DNA from: Candidatus Yanofskybacteria bacterium RIFCSPHIGHO2_01_FULL_43_32 | GTDB lineage: Bacteria; Patescibacteriota; Minisyncoccia; 2-02-FULL-40-12; GWA2-44-9 | Direction of reading: 5' to 3' | DNA length: 64,000 nt | NCBI GenBank assembly: GCA_001794125.1 | Contig: MGJF01000002.1 | Coordinates: 108,514 to 172,513, forward strand | In this document: one piece after another, positions 37,907-46,496 of the stretch | How the letters are laid out: each line of letters begins with the position of its first letter | How positions within the stretch are numbered: position 1 is the first letter of the stretch | Position numbers and translations under genes: made by a program | Notes under the pieces: model-generated | What the model saw: only the letters and a program-made list of their open reading frames with translations | Told to the model about the DNA's origin: nothing | Database searches by the model: none

Positions 37907-38025
37907 TTTGAACTTCTCTTGCTAATTGTCATTTACAACCAAAGCAACCGGCGGAGGGTGTGCCCTTTTATAAAATTAGCAAGATTTTAGAAAAGGGCAC
38001 CCCGCAGTCACGCATGGAGGTTGTG
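37907..38025 (-). repeat. Repeat family 2
   Basis: Close match to 22381-22499. Confidence 0.85.
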
Positions 38026-38056
38026 AGGTGCTATGGATATGGCATAATTATAAAAC

Positions 38057-39409
38057 ATGACCATGCTGGCAAAGTTGTTGAACAAACTCGAACAATTTTT
38101 ATTTTATTTCCTGCTGTTTGCGATTCCGTTCCAGACGCGGAAAATATTGTGGCACCAGAACTGGAATTTTAACGAATGGCAGGCGATATCTCTTTATGGC
38201 ACAGATATCCTGCTGATTATTCTTTTCGGGTTCTGGGTTCTCGGCAGAGTAAAGCCAAAGATCGAAAAATATGATTATTTTTTATTTGCCCTTATTGCTA
38301 TCTCGGCAGTATCCATAAAAAACTCTTCCAGCTATATCTTAAGCGCTTATAATGTTTTAAAACTCGCAGAATTAGTTGTTTTCTATTTCTACGTAAAAAG
38401 CTACGCGGTTTATAAATTTGGTTTGATAGGGTCAATGACAGCTTTGATTTGCGGGGGATTGTTTCAGGCGGTAATTGCGATTATCCAATTCTTTAAGCAG
38501 TCCAGTTTAGGGTTAAAGTTGTTGGGCGAAAGCGTCTTATCATCTGATTTAATCGGTATTGCCTCGTTTTATAATCTGAACAGCGAGAAAATAATCCGGG
38601 CCTACGGAACTACGCCTCACCCGAATATTCTGGCCGCGTACCTATTTTTGGCTGCCTTTTCTTTTTATTTTGTCTACCTTTATTTTCACATTTACCACCA
38701 AAACAAAATCTACCACCCTAAATTCAGCATATTTCTTCTGGCAAGTTACCCCCTTATTCTGCTTTCCTTGTTTTTTACATTTGCCCGGGTGATGATATTT
38801 TTATGGTTTGCCGGATTTGCCGCAAGGGCGGTCCTTGTCTTGAACAAAAAGAATTTCAGGAGAATTTTTGCCCGCGGGCTGAACAGGGTCAAATTGACCA
38901 AAATTTTGGTTATTAGCGCTGCGGTTGTTGTGTTATTCGGAGTTTTTTACTGGCCGGAGGCAATTAGTAGGGTTAAAATCTCTTCTGAAGAGGAGGCGGT
39001 TCAGTTAAGGATTTTTTACAACAAGGAATCGTTGAAATCGTTAAATTGGTTCGGCGCCGGCGCCGGAAATTTTGTTAATTGGCTGATGGTCCAAGACCCC
39101 AATTTGCCTCGCAATTTGTATCAGCCGGTTCACAATATCTATCTGCTTATCTATTCGGAAATGGGAATTTTGGGCATTGCCGCGTTTATATTATTTCTTA
39201 TTTTCCTTATTAAAGATTTTATTGTTGGCACTAAAATGGAGAAGCTATACCACTACTCTTTTTTGATATTATTTTTATCTTTCTTGTTCGTCGGTCTGTT
39301 TGACCATTTTTTGTTGACCCTCCAGCAGGGGAGGTTAATGTTCTGGCTTCTCTGCGCCGGGTTGACCCCTCACCTTTGGAGGATTGGCGGGCTTCATGTC
39401 CATGATTAG
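38057..39409 (+). CDS. O-antigen ligase (Wzy_C) family membrane protein
   Basis: RAYGT.PHPN, G.GAGNF, PVHNIYL...SE.G. Confidence 0.88.
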   Translation: MTMLAKLLNKLEQFLFYFLLFAIPFQTRKILWHQNWNFNEWQAISLYGTDILLIILFGFWVLGRVKPKIEKYDYFLFALIAISAVSIKNSSSYILSAYNVLKLAELVVFYFYVKSYAVYKFGLIGSMTALICGGLFQAVIAIIQFFKQSSLGLKLLGESVLSSDLIGIASFYNLNSEKIIRAYGTTPHPNILAAYLFLAAFSFYFVYLYFHIYHQNKIYHPKFSIFLLASYPLILLSLFFTFARVMIFLWFAGFAARAVLVLNKKNFRRIFARGLNRVKLTKILVISAAVVVLFGVFYWPEAISRVKISSEEEAVQLRIFYNKESLKSLNWFGAGAGNFVNWLMVQDPNLPRNLYQPVHNIYLLIYSEMGILGIAAFILFLIFLIKDFIVGTKMEKLYHYSFLILFLSFLFVGLFDHFLLTLQQGRLMFWLLCAGLTPHLWRIGGLHVHD

Positions 39410-39495
39410 ATATAGTCAACAATAGTTTAAGTATAAACACAGTTAAGAATGTCTAAGCCGACCGCTGCTGGGATACATATCCTCCAAAGGTGAGG
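39368..39495. mobile_element. 128-bp MITE-like element with perfect 17-bp terminal inverted repeats
   Basis: cctcacctttggaggat (39368-39384) / atcctccaaaggtgagg (39479-39495); GTTGAC lies one base outside each end. Confidence 0.55.
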
Positions 39496-39497
39496 TG

Positions 39498-39571
39498 TTG
39501 ACATTGTTTAGAGATGGTAATATAATGTTTAAACAACAATAGTCTGGCAAACGCAGTTCTTCACAAGGAGG
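39498..39571 (+). promoter_or_regulatory. Consensus promoter, boxA-like motif and SD
   Basis: TTGACA-17-TATAAT; GTTCTTCACAA (39556-39566); AGGAGG. Confidence 0.75.
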
Positions 39572-39576
39572 TTCGC

Positions 39577-39837
39577 ATGCTCGTTCCGTGTCCTTTCAGG
39601 GGCGACCACAAAATTCGAGAGGGCCACATGCACGGCCCGAGCCAGTGTCCGCCGCCGGCTGGTGAACACGGTGACCACCGCCGCAACAAGCGTCTTCGCG
39701 CTCGGTTTCGTGCCAGGCAGTCAGAAGGTATCATTGAGAACCGTGGCGTGGCTGTTGCCGGCGTCGGCGGGAATCAGGCCAAGTCCCATCGGCAGGGAAA
39801 GAAGGCGGCCAAGACCAAGACCGGGACCAGTGTCTAA
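39577..39837 (+). CDS. GC-rich small basic hypothetical protein
   Basis: Strong SD; terminator gggggcgaca/tgtcgccccc plus T-tract at 39853-39884. Confidence 0.65.
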   Translation: MLVPCPFRGDHKIREGHMHGPSQCPPPAGEHGDHRRNKRLRARFRARQSEGIIENRGVAVAGVGGNQAKSHRQGKKAAKTKTGTSV

Positions 39838-39921
39838 CGACTGTCTTCGGTCGGGGGCGACAACGTGTCGCCCCCTAATTTTTTAAATGGAGCATTTGCT
39901 CCTTTTTTGTTTTCTTAAAAT

Positions 39922-40071
39922 CGCTCAACCCTAACCCATTCTCGGGCACGGCATAAATTCTTGCTGGAATTTTGCCTCGTATTACAGAGATTCCCGGACT
40001 AAAGCACCGTGAACCTTCTCCGAGCCACTCCGTCGAGTTCCGTAAGTCCCTCTAATAGATTAGGGTTTCGC
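39922..40071 (-). repeat. Structured element with GCGAA-stem...stem-GAGCG ends (family 3)
   Basis: aaccctaatctatt/aatgggttagggtt closing stem; ends resemble 41584-41805. Confidence 0.6.
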
Positions 40072-40085
40072 TTTTGCTTAATTAA

Positions 40086-40225
40086 GAGCGACCAGCCATA
40101 TACCCACAGGGAGAACTTGCGCAGGCCCGAAGCTTGGTGCTTGGTGAGGGCCGAGCATGTAGATAGCGCCGAGCCGCTGGAGCGAGGCGACTATCGGTCG
40201 AGTCGGGGGTATGTGGCTGGGAGCG
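40086..40225 (+). repeat. Structured repeat family 1, divergent subtype E
   Basis: ccagccatataccc/gggtatgtggctgg stem, GCTTGGT and CCGCTGGAG loops; 3' part repeated at 52099-52131. Confidence 0.75.
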
Positions 40226-40260
40226 AATCTGTTCACAACCCAAACAGCTTATAGTAAACT

Positions 40261-40890
40261 ATGATGATGGATAGAACCGAACTCCTAAGACAAATCAAAG
40301 ACGAAGTCATTAACCCCGCCCTTGCTGGCAAGGGCGGGGCAGGTCTCGAAGAGTCCCCGCTTTATAAGGAGCGTATTAAAAACAAGGTTTTTCCTGTTAT
40401 CGGAGAGGGAAGCCATCGTGCCAGGATAATGTTTATAGGCGAGGCTCCCGGCAAGAACGAGGCGGCAACCGGAAGGCCGTTCTGCGGAGCCGCCGGGAAG
40501 ATATTGGATGAATTGCTTGCCTCGGTCGGCATAGACCGCAAAGATGTTTATGTAACTAATATCGTCAAAGACAGGCCGCCGTTCAACAGAGACCCGTTAC
40601 CCGAAGAAATTAAGGCCTACGGACCGTTTTTGGACAGGCAGATAGAGATAATCCAGCCGGAGGTTATCGCCACTCTCGGCCGGTTCTCGATGGATTACGT
40701 CATGAGAAAATTTGGCCTTGAATCACAGCTCTGTTCAATCAGCCAAATGCACGGCAAAATATTTGAAACAGAGACCCCATTCGGAAAAATAAAAATCGTT
40801 CCACTATATCACCCCGCCGTGGCGATATATAATAAAACTACCAAAGATACCCTGGTGAAGGATTTCCGGATTTTAAAAGATTTTAAGTAA
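40261..40890 (+). CDS. Uracil-DNA glycosylase, family 4-like
   Basis: IGEAPG.NE...GRPF.G.AG, TN.VK.RPP.NR.P, YHPA. Confidence 0.92.
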   Translation: MMMDRTELLRQIKDEVINPALAGKGGAGLEESPLYKERIKNKVFPVIGEGSHRARIMFIGEAPGKNEAATGRPFCGAAGKILDELLASVGIDRKDVYVTNIVKDRPPFNRDPLPEEIKAYGPFLDRQIEIIQPEVIATLGRFSMDYVMRKFGLESQLCSISQMHGKIFETETPFGKIKIVPLYHPAVAIYNKTTKDTLVKDFRILKDFK

Positions 40891-40903
40891 AACCACTTCG
40901 TGC

Positions 40904-41581
40904 ATGGAAACTTTTTTTAATTTTTTTCAATCACATTTTCCGGCCCTGATCCACTATAAGTATTTATTTATTTTTCTGGGGGCTGCCATAGAGGGAATGA
41001 ATACGACCATATTGGCCGGTTTCTTGGCCTCCATTGCCAGCATATCTCTCTGGCCGGCATTTTTTATCTGCCTTACGGGCGAGGTTATCAATGGATTTGC
41101 GTGGTATGCCGTCGGATACTATGCCGGGTCTAAGCCAATAGACAAATGGGGCCGTAAAGATAAAAAAAGCAGGAAGATAATCGAAAAAGTTGAAGAATAT
41201 TTCAAACGCTACAGCGGCCGGGCGATATTGTTTGCAAAGATTACTTGGTCGCTGACAATCGCAACTATGATAACCGCCGGCTCGTTCAAGTATGATTTAA
41301 AGAGATTTGCTTTGTATAATTTTCTGGGCTCGGTTATGTGGATAGGGATGGTGTTTTTTGTCGGATTCTTTTTTGGCCAGAGTTATAAATTTCTTTTCGA
41401 CTATCTTAAAAACTTTGTATTTATATTTATTTTCCTCGGCGGAGCAATCGCGCTCGGCTATATCCTGAAGATAATATTCCGGTCGGCCTTTATCCGGTCC
41501 CTGTTTTTAGCCGACCGCATCAAGGAATTTAGCGACAAACTTAAAAACGGGATTGATAAGTTCTTGTCGGACGAGGAATAG
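40904..41581 (+). CDS. DedA family membrane protein
   Basis: Y..G...G, E.YF.RY.G.AI...K, AG...Y...F..YN..G...W. Confidence 0.88.
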   Translation: METFFNFFQSHFPALIHYKYLFIFLGAAIEGMNTTILAGFLASIASISLWPAFFICLTGEVINGFAWYAVGYYAGSKPIDKWGRKDKKSRKIIEKVEEYFKRYSGRAILFAKITWSLTIATMITAGSFKYDLKRFALYNFLGSVMWIGMVFFVGFFFGQSYKFLFDYLKNFVFIFIFLGGAIALGYILKIIFRSAFIRSLFLADRIKEFSDKLKNGIDKFLSDEE

Positions 41582-41583
41582 AC

Positions 41584-41805
41584 TGCTCAACCCCCACCCA
41601 TTTCCGACCTATTGCCTGCGCCTCCGGTCTTCTTCGGACAAATACTCAAATTAGATCTCAATTTGCTTAATAAATCTTAGCATCCGTTCCTCCGCCGAAG
41701 AGGCGGATTTTCCGGCTAAGATTTATAAAATAAGCAAATTATCAACTAATTTGAGCATTATGTTGCCCTCGGAGGCAAACGGTCTAAAATGGGTTGGGGT
41801 TTCAC
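41584..41805 (-). repeat. ~220-bp imperfect palindrome (family 3 ends)
   Basis: Nested arms ccatttccgacc/ggtctaaaatgg, ctcaaattag/ctaatttgag, aatttgctta/taagcaaatt, ataaatcttagc/gctaagatttat. Confidence 0.75.
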
Positions 41806-41817
41806 TTATTTTAAAAA

Positions 41818-41950
41818 CCGCTCGGGATATATGCCTTCAGAGAAGGACTCGGAGGCATTCAGGCTTGGTTCTGCGAAATGCCGAGAGACAAGAAAGATTT
41901 GCCGCCGGAACAAATCTATTCTGGTTCGATGAAGGTATATGTCCTGGCGG
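41818..41950 (+). repeat. Structured repeat family 1, subtype A
   Basis: Reverse-complement match to 1932-2101 and 51458-51630. Confidence 0.85.
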
Positions 41951-42026
41951 TTCTATGGGATGAAGTAGAGCGAGTGACCTGTGGATTGCCAGATTTGTGC
42001 GAATTTGCTATTATTAACCCTATTAT

Positions 42027-43205
42027 ATGATTACTAAAAAGACCCCTTATATTGTCGTTATTTTGCTGTTTTTGGCCTTTGCCCGCTTATCCTATGCCGC
42101 TGCCGACGATACCCGTTATTTTGTTAAATCCACCTCCGGCTGGTGGAAAAAATCCTTCGGTGTCAGGCATAATTTTGATAACGGTTTTACCGCCGACCTA
42201 ACCGATTTTCAGCTTCGCGTCGCGAAGATTTTCGGGGTAGAAATTGAACCCGTTAAGAAGTTAAACGTCCTGCCCGATTTATCGCAGGCGCCGGTAACAA
42301 GCGGAAAGGTTCAGGCGCAAAGAGCTAAACCGGCAGAACAAGTTCCCTGGGGCATAAAAACAATTTACAATGATCCCTTGCTTTCAAAATCATCGGGAGG
42401 TTTAGGCGTTAATGTTGCGGTATTAGACACGGGAGTTCTTAAAACTCATCCTGACCTTAAAAACAGGGTCAAAGCTTGTAAAGATTTTTCCGGTCCGTCA
42501 GCTATTGCTGACGGAAAATGCGACGACAAAAACGGCCACGGAACCCATGTTACGGGTATAATCGCCGCAGATGGCGGTTTGGACGGACTTGGAATATACG
42601 GCATGGCTCCTGAAGCCGGTGTCTTTGCTTATAAGGTTTGTTCTAATAACGGCACTTGTTGGGCAGATGATATCGCTGTTGCCTTAAGGACTGCTGCCGA
42701 CGATGGGGCTAACATTGTAAACATGAGCTTGGGTTCTGATAATCCGAGCCCATTGATAATCGATGCCACCAATTATGCCATTTCCAAAAACGTTTTAGTT
42801 GTTGCCGCCGCCGGCAATGACGGCCCTTATGCCGGAAGTATTGATTATCCCGGGGCAGATGCCAATGCGATTGCCGTAGGAGCCGTTAACGCCGATATAA
42901 AAATTCCGGACTGGAGTTCGCGGGGGAATAATTTCACCTCCAAGCCCTATGTTGTTGAAGAAAAAGACATTGAATTTGCCGCTCCGGGCGTAAATATTGA
43001 ATCAACATGGAAAGACGGCAGATACGCTATTTTGTCGGGGACCTCCATGGCTTCTCCCCACGTTGCGGGATTAGCCGCCAAATTATGGCAAAAGGATATT
43101 GTAGATTCTGCTAATGTTGTCCGCGATGCTTTGCGCAAGCTTACCGCAGACCTGCTGCCTATCGGCGATGATGATTCTTCTGGATTCGGATTTCCGCATC
43201 TCTGA
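42027..43205 (+). CDS. Secreted subtilisin-like serine protease (S8)
   Basis: Signal peptide, VLDTG, HGTHV, AAGN, GTSMASPHVAG. Confidence 0.95.
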   Translation: MITKKTPYIVVILLFLAFARLSYAAADDTRYFVKSTSGWWKKSFGVRHNFDNGFTADLTDFQLRVAKIFGVEIEPVKKLNVLPDLSQAPVTSGKVQAQRAKPAEQVPWGIKTIYNDPLLSKSSGGLGVNVAVLDTGVLKTHPDLKNRVKACKDFSGPSAIADGKCDDKNGHGTHVTGIIAADGGLDGLGIYGMAPEAGVFAYKVCSNNGTCWADDIAVALRTAADDGANIVNMSLGSDNPSPLIIDATNYAISKNVLVVAAAGNDGPYAGSIDYPGADANAIAVGAVNADIKIPDWSSRGNNFTSKPYVVEEKDIEFAAPGVNIESTWKDGRYAILSGTSMASPHVAGLAAKLWQKDIVDSANVVRDALRKLTADLLPIGDDDSSGFGFPHL

Positions 43206-43318
43206 TCAGTTTTTAATTTATGGTTTAGGGTTTTTAGCAAGCAGTCTTTTGGGGCTGCTTTTTTATTCTGTGGACTTAACACTGGAAACTGTAAACTAAA
43301 AGCTGTAAACTAATTTAT

Positions 43319-43939
43319 ATGAAAATTAACCATGTCGTCAAAACCCTGGTCTTATCCGACTTCTTTATTAATGCCGGTTTTTCTATTTTTGCCCCGGTAT
43401 TCGCGATATTCGTCACCAAACAAATTGAGGGGGGGACTTTGGCGGTTGTCGGTTTTGCCGCCGCCATTTTTCAGATATTCAAATCAGGCCTTCAAATCCC
43501 GATTGCCAAATATTTGGACAAGAATCACGGCGAATATGACGATTTTTATTCTATGGTTTTGGGCACTTTTCTTATTGCGCTAGTGCCGTTTTTGTATTTA
43601 TTTGCAACAAAAGCAAGCCATATCTATATGATCCAGGCGCTTTACGGCATCGGGGCATCTTTCGCCATCCCTCCCTGGTATGCGATTTTTACCAGACATG
43701 TCGATAAAATGCAGGAGAATGTGGAATGGTCTCTGGACTCTATCGCCATCGGGATCGGCGCGGCGGCTTCCGCTGCCATGGGCGGACTTTTAGCGGAAAA
43801 ATTCGGTTTTCAGTTCGTATTTCTGTTGGGAGGTATGTTTGCCGTTTTTGGCGCTGTTCAGCAAATTAAAATTTTCAGGGACTTGAGGGGTAAAGTATCT
43901 CGTGGCACAGTCAGGCCGTTGCCTGACGGCGCTAAATAA
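43319..43939 (+). CDS. Half-size (about 6 TM) MFS-like membrane protein
   Basis: Six hydrophobic segments with MFS-like helix patterns. Confidence 0.7.
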   Translation: MKINHVVKTLVLSDFFINAGFSIFAPVFAIFVTKQIEGGTLAVVGFAAAIFQIFKSGLQIPIAKYLDKNHGEYDDFYSMVLGTFLIALVPFLYLFATKASHIYMIQALYGIGASFAIPPWYAIFTRHVDKMQENVEWSLDSIAIGIGAAASAAMGGLLAEKFGFQFVFLLGGMFAVFGAVQQIKIFRDLRGKVSRGTVRPLPDGAK

Positions 43940-43945
43940 ACTTGT

Positions 43946-44092
43946 TCGCCCTCCGCTTACTTTCGTAAAGCGGTACGGGCCCTAAAGGGTTTGTCCAATT
44001 TTTTCGTTAAAATCTCCGCTTGCTCCTCACCATAGTTCACTATGGCTCGTCGCAATGCTCGATTTTGCCTCGAACTTGGCCAAACGAACTGC
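43946..44092. repeat. Structured intergenic element (nested hairpins)
   Basis: ccgctta/aagcgg, ccatagt-tc-actatgg, aaaatc/gatttt, gtttgtccaa/ttggccaaac. Confidence 0.5.
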
Positions 44093-44112
44093 GTTTATAA
44101 AAACAAAATAAT

Positions 44113-45834
44113 ATGATAAATAAAGAAATTGCAAAAATTTTGTACGAAATGTCGATTTTGCTTGAAATGAAAGAAGTGGGATTTAAGCCGCGCGCGTATG
44201 AGAAGGCCGCCGATTCCATTGAATCCCTGGCCGAAGATATCGGTAATATTTATAAGCATGGAGGCCTGAAAGCTCTTGAAGACATTCCCGGCGTCGGTCC
44301 GTCTATCGGCGAAAAAATAGAGGAATATATCAAAACAAAACAGGTCAAAGAATACAAGAAGCTCAAAAAAGAAATTCCGGTGGATATTGAAGGCTTGGTG
44401 TCCGTCGAAGGCATTGGGCCGAAGACAATTCTCCGTCTTTATAAAAAACTCGGTATTAAAACCCGCGACCAGCTGGAAAAAGCCGCTGCGGCAGGCAAAC
44501 TCGTTAAAGGCGGATTCGGCAAAAAAACTCAGGACAATATCTTGAAAGGCATCAGCTTTCTGAAAAAAGAGCATGGCCGGTATCTTTTGGGGGAAATAAT
44601 GCCTATAGCAGAGACAATACTTGAGAAGATTCGGGCTTTGCCGGAGGTCCAATCCGCCGAGTTTGGAGGTTCTTTGCGCCGGATGAAGGAAACTGTCGGC
44701 GATTTGGATTTCATCGCTTTTTCAGACAAGCCTGCCGAGGTGGTTGAAAAATTCCTCAAATTTTCTGAAGTTAAAAGTATCTACTCTAAAGGCAGGCACA
44801 AGGCCCTGGTTCGTTTAAGCATTGATATCGATGCGGATATCTGGGTTCTGGACCCAAAATCAACGGGCGCCGCCCTTATCGGCTGGACCGGCGATAAACA
44901 ACACAACATCGCTCTGCGGACTCTTGCTGAAAAAAAAGGCTGGATGCTGAATGATTACGGCTTATGGCGCGGGAAAACGTTGTTGGCTTCTAAAACCGAA
45001 GAGGAAGTTTACAAAAAGCTCGGCATGGATTGGATACCGCCGGAGCTTCGCGAAAACAAAGGCGAAATAGAAGCCGCGCTTGAAGGCAAATTGCCGCAAC
45101 TTATCGGTTATGACGATATAAAAGGCGATTTACAAGTCCAGACTGACTGGACCGACGGTAGGAATTCTATTGAAGAGATGGCCAAAGCTGCCAAAGAATT
45201 AGGCCATGAATATATACTCATCACTGACCACACCAAGTCCCTTGCCATGACCGGAGGAAGCGACGAGAAACGCCTTGTTGAACAAATGGCCGAGATAGAT
45301 AAAATAAATTTAAAATTCAAAAATCAAAATTCAAAATTTAAGGTCTTGAAAGGCGCCGAGGTGAACATCATGCCCGACGGCACTCTGGATATAGATGATG
45401 AAACGCTGGCAAAACTGGATATCGTCGGCGCCGCCGTCCATTCCAAATTCAATATGTCCGAGAAAGACATGACCGCCCGCATCAAAAGAGCGATGGAAAA
45501 TCCGAATGTGGATATAATCTTCCATCCGACGGGGCGCCTCATCCAAAAACGCGAGGCATACAAAGTGGACATGGACGATCTGCTCAAAACCGCAAAGAGA
45601 ACCAAAACCGTGATGGAAATAGACGCTTTTCCCGACCGTCTGGACCTCAAGGACGAATATATCCGCAAAGCGGTAGAAATGGGCGTGAAACTCTCCATTG
45701 ACACCGATGCTCATGTGCTGGTCCACTTACAATATCTTAAGTACGGCATCGGCCAGGCACGCCGCGGTTGGGCGGAGAAAAAAGATATCATCAACACCCG
45801 CTCCTGGCAGGAAATGTTGAAACTGCTCAAATAA
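44113..45834 (+). CDS. polX: DNA polymerase X / PHP-domain protein
   Basis: HhH motifs, GSLRR.KETVGDLD, TG, C-terminal PHP domain (TDH, HPTGR, TDAH). Confidence 0.93.
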   Translation: MINKEIAKILYEMSILLEMKEVGFKPRAYEKAADSIESLAEDIGNIYKHGGLKALEDIPGVGPSIGEKIEEYIKTKQVKEYKKLKKEIPVDIEGLVSVEGIGPKTILRLYKKLGIKTRDQLEKAAAAGKLVKGGFGKKTQDNILKGISFLKKEHGRYLLGEIMPIAETILEKIRALPEVQSAEFGGSLRRMKETVGDLDFIAFSDKPAEVVEKFLKFSEVKSIYSKGRHKALVRLSIDIDADIWVLDPKSTGAALIGWTGDKQHNIALRTLAEKKGWMLNDYGLWRGKTLLASKTEEEVYKKLGMDWIPPELRENKGEIEAALEGKLPQLIGYDDIKGDLQVQTDWTDGRNSIEEMAKAAKELGHEYILITDHTKSLAMTGGSDEKRLVEQMAEIDKINLKFKNQNSKFKVLKGAEVNIMPDGTLDIDDETLAKLDIVGAAVHSKFNMSEKDMTARIKRAMENPNVDIIFHPTGRLIQKREAYKVDMDDLLKTAKRTKTVMEIDAFPDRLDLKDEYIRKAVEMGVKLSIDTDAHVLVHLQYLKYGIGQARRGWAEKKDIINTRSWQEMLKLLK

Positions 45835-45856
45835 AATCGAATTGATAAATATTGCC

Positions 45857-46225
45857 ATGTTTAGAAAGTTTAAAAAAATTCCGAAGGCGATAGAAAGAAA
45901 AATTACATTTGACGGAGAAACTATCTGTGCTCTTGGGCGTGCTTTTAAAAAGAATCCGGAAGTGGTAAGGGATTTGGCTGGGGTGGTGGGAGAAGAAAAT
46001 ATGAAAATTTTTACTGACATACTAATCAATACTAACGAAATGGAAATTAAATACGATCCGTCTGAAGAATTAAAAACACTTTACGGCCAGATAGCCAAAA
46101 GGGAACTGGAAAGAATAGATGCCGAAGACGAGGACGATGAAGATCTTTTATGCGGGCATTCCGTTGAGGATCATAAAGAAGCCCTCGAGTCGGTTATTGA
46201 AAAAATGCAACCGACTATAAACTAA
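45857..46225 (+). CDS. Hypothetical protein (start uncertain)
   Basis: ORF with an acidic C-terminal tract in an operon-like context. Confidence 0.6.
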   Translation: MFRKFKKIPKAIERKITFDGETICALGRAFKKNPEVVRDLAGVVGEENMKIFTDILINTNEMEIKYDPSEELKTLYGQIAKRELERIDAEDEDDEDLLCGHSVEDHKEALESVIEKMQPTIN

Positions 46226-46229
46226 GGTA

Positions 46230-46442
46230 ATGCGTATTAACGTCAAAGCGAAGCCGAACTCAAATGAAAATAAAGTTGAAAAAATAGACGACCTTAATTT
46301 TGTGGTATCAGTTAAAGACCCGCCTGTTCAAGGGCGGGCAAATCGGGCGATAGTCAAACTGCTTTCAGAATATTTTCATACCCTAAATATCCGGATAGTT
46401 TCCGGTCACATTTCGAGGCAGAAAATTGTTGAGATAAAATAA
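46230..46442 (+). CDS. DUF167/YggU family protein
   Basis: VKAKPNS, PP..GRAN, IVSG..SR.K. Confidence 0.9.
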   Translation: MRINVKAKPNSNENKVEKIDDLNFVVSVKDPPVQGRANRAIVKLLSEYFHTLNIRIVSGHISRQKIVEIK

Positions 46443-46496
46443 TTCTTAGCGTGGGATTTGCGTCAGGCACTCGAAAAAAGGTAAAATTATTGCAGG

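Noticed and set aside
7015-38025. Family 2 repeats as integron attC sites
   Set aside because: CAAC...GTTG resembles attC ends, but the RYYYAAC/GTTRRRY fit is poor, orientation varies, copies do not follow genes in tandem, and no integrase is seen.
43319-43939. MFS pseudogene
   Set aside because: The ORF is intact with a clean start and stop and no second-half remnant nearby, so it is kept as a half-size protein.
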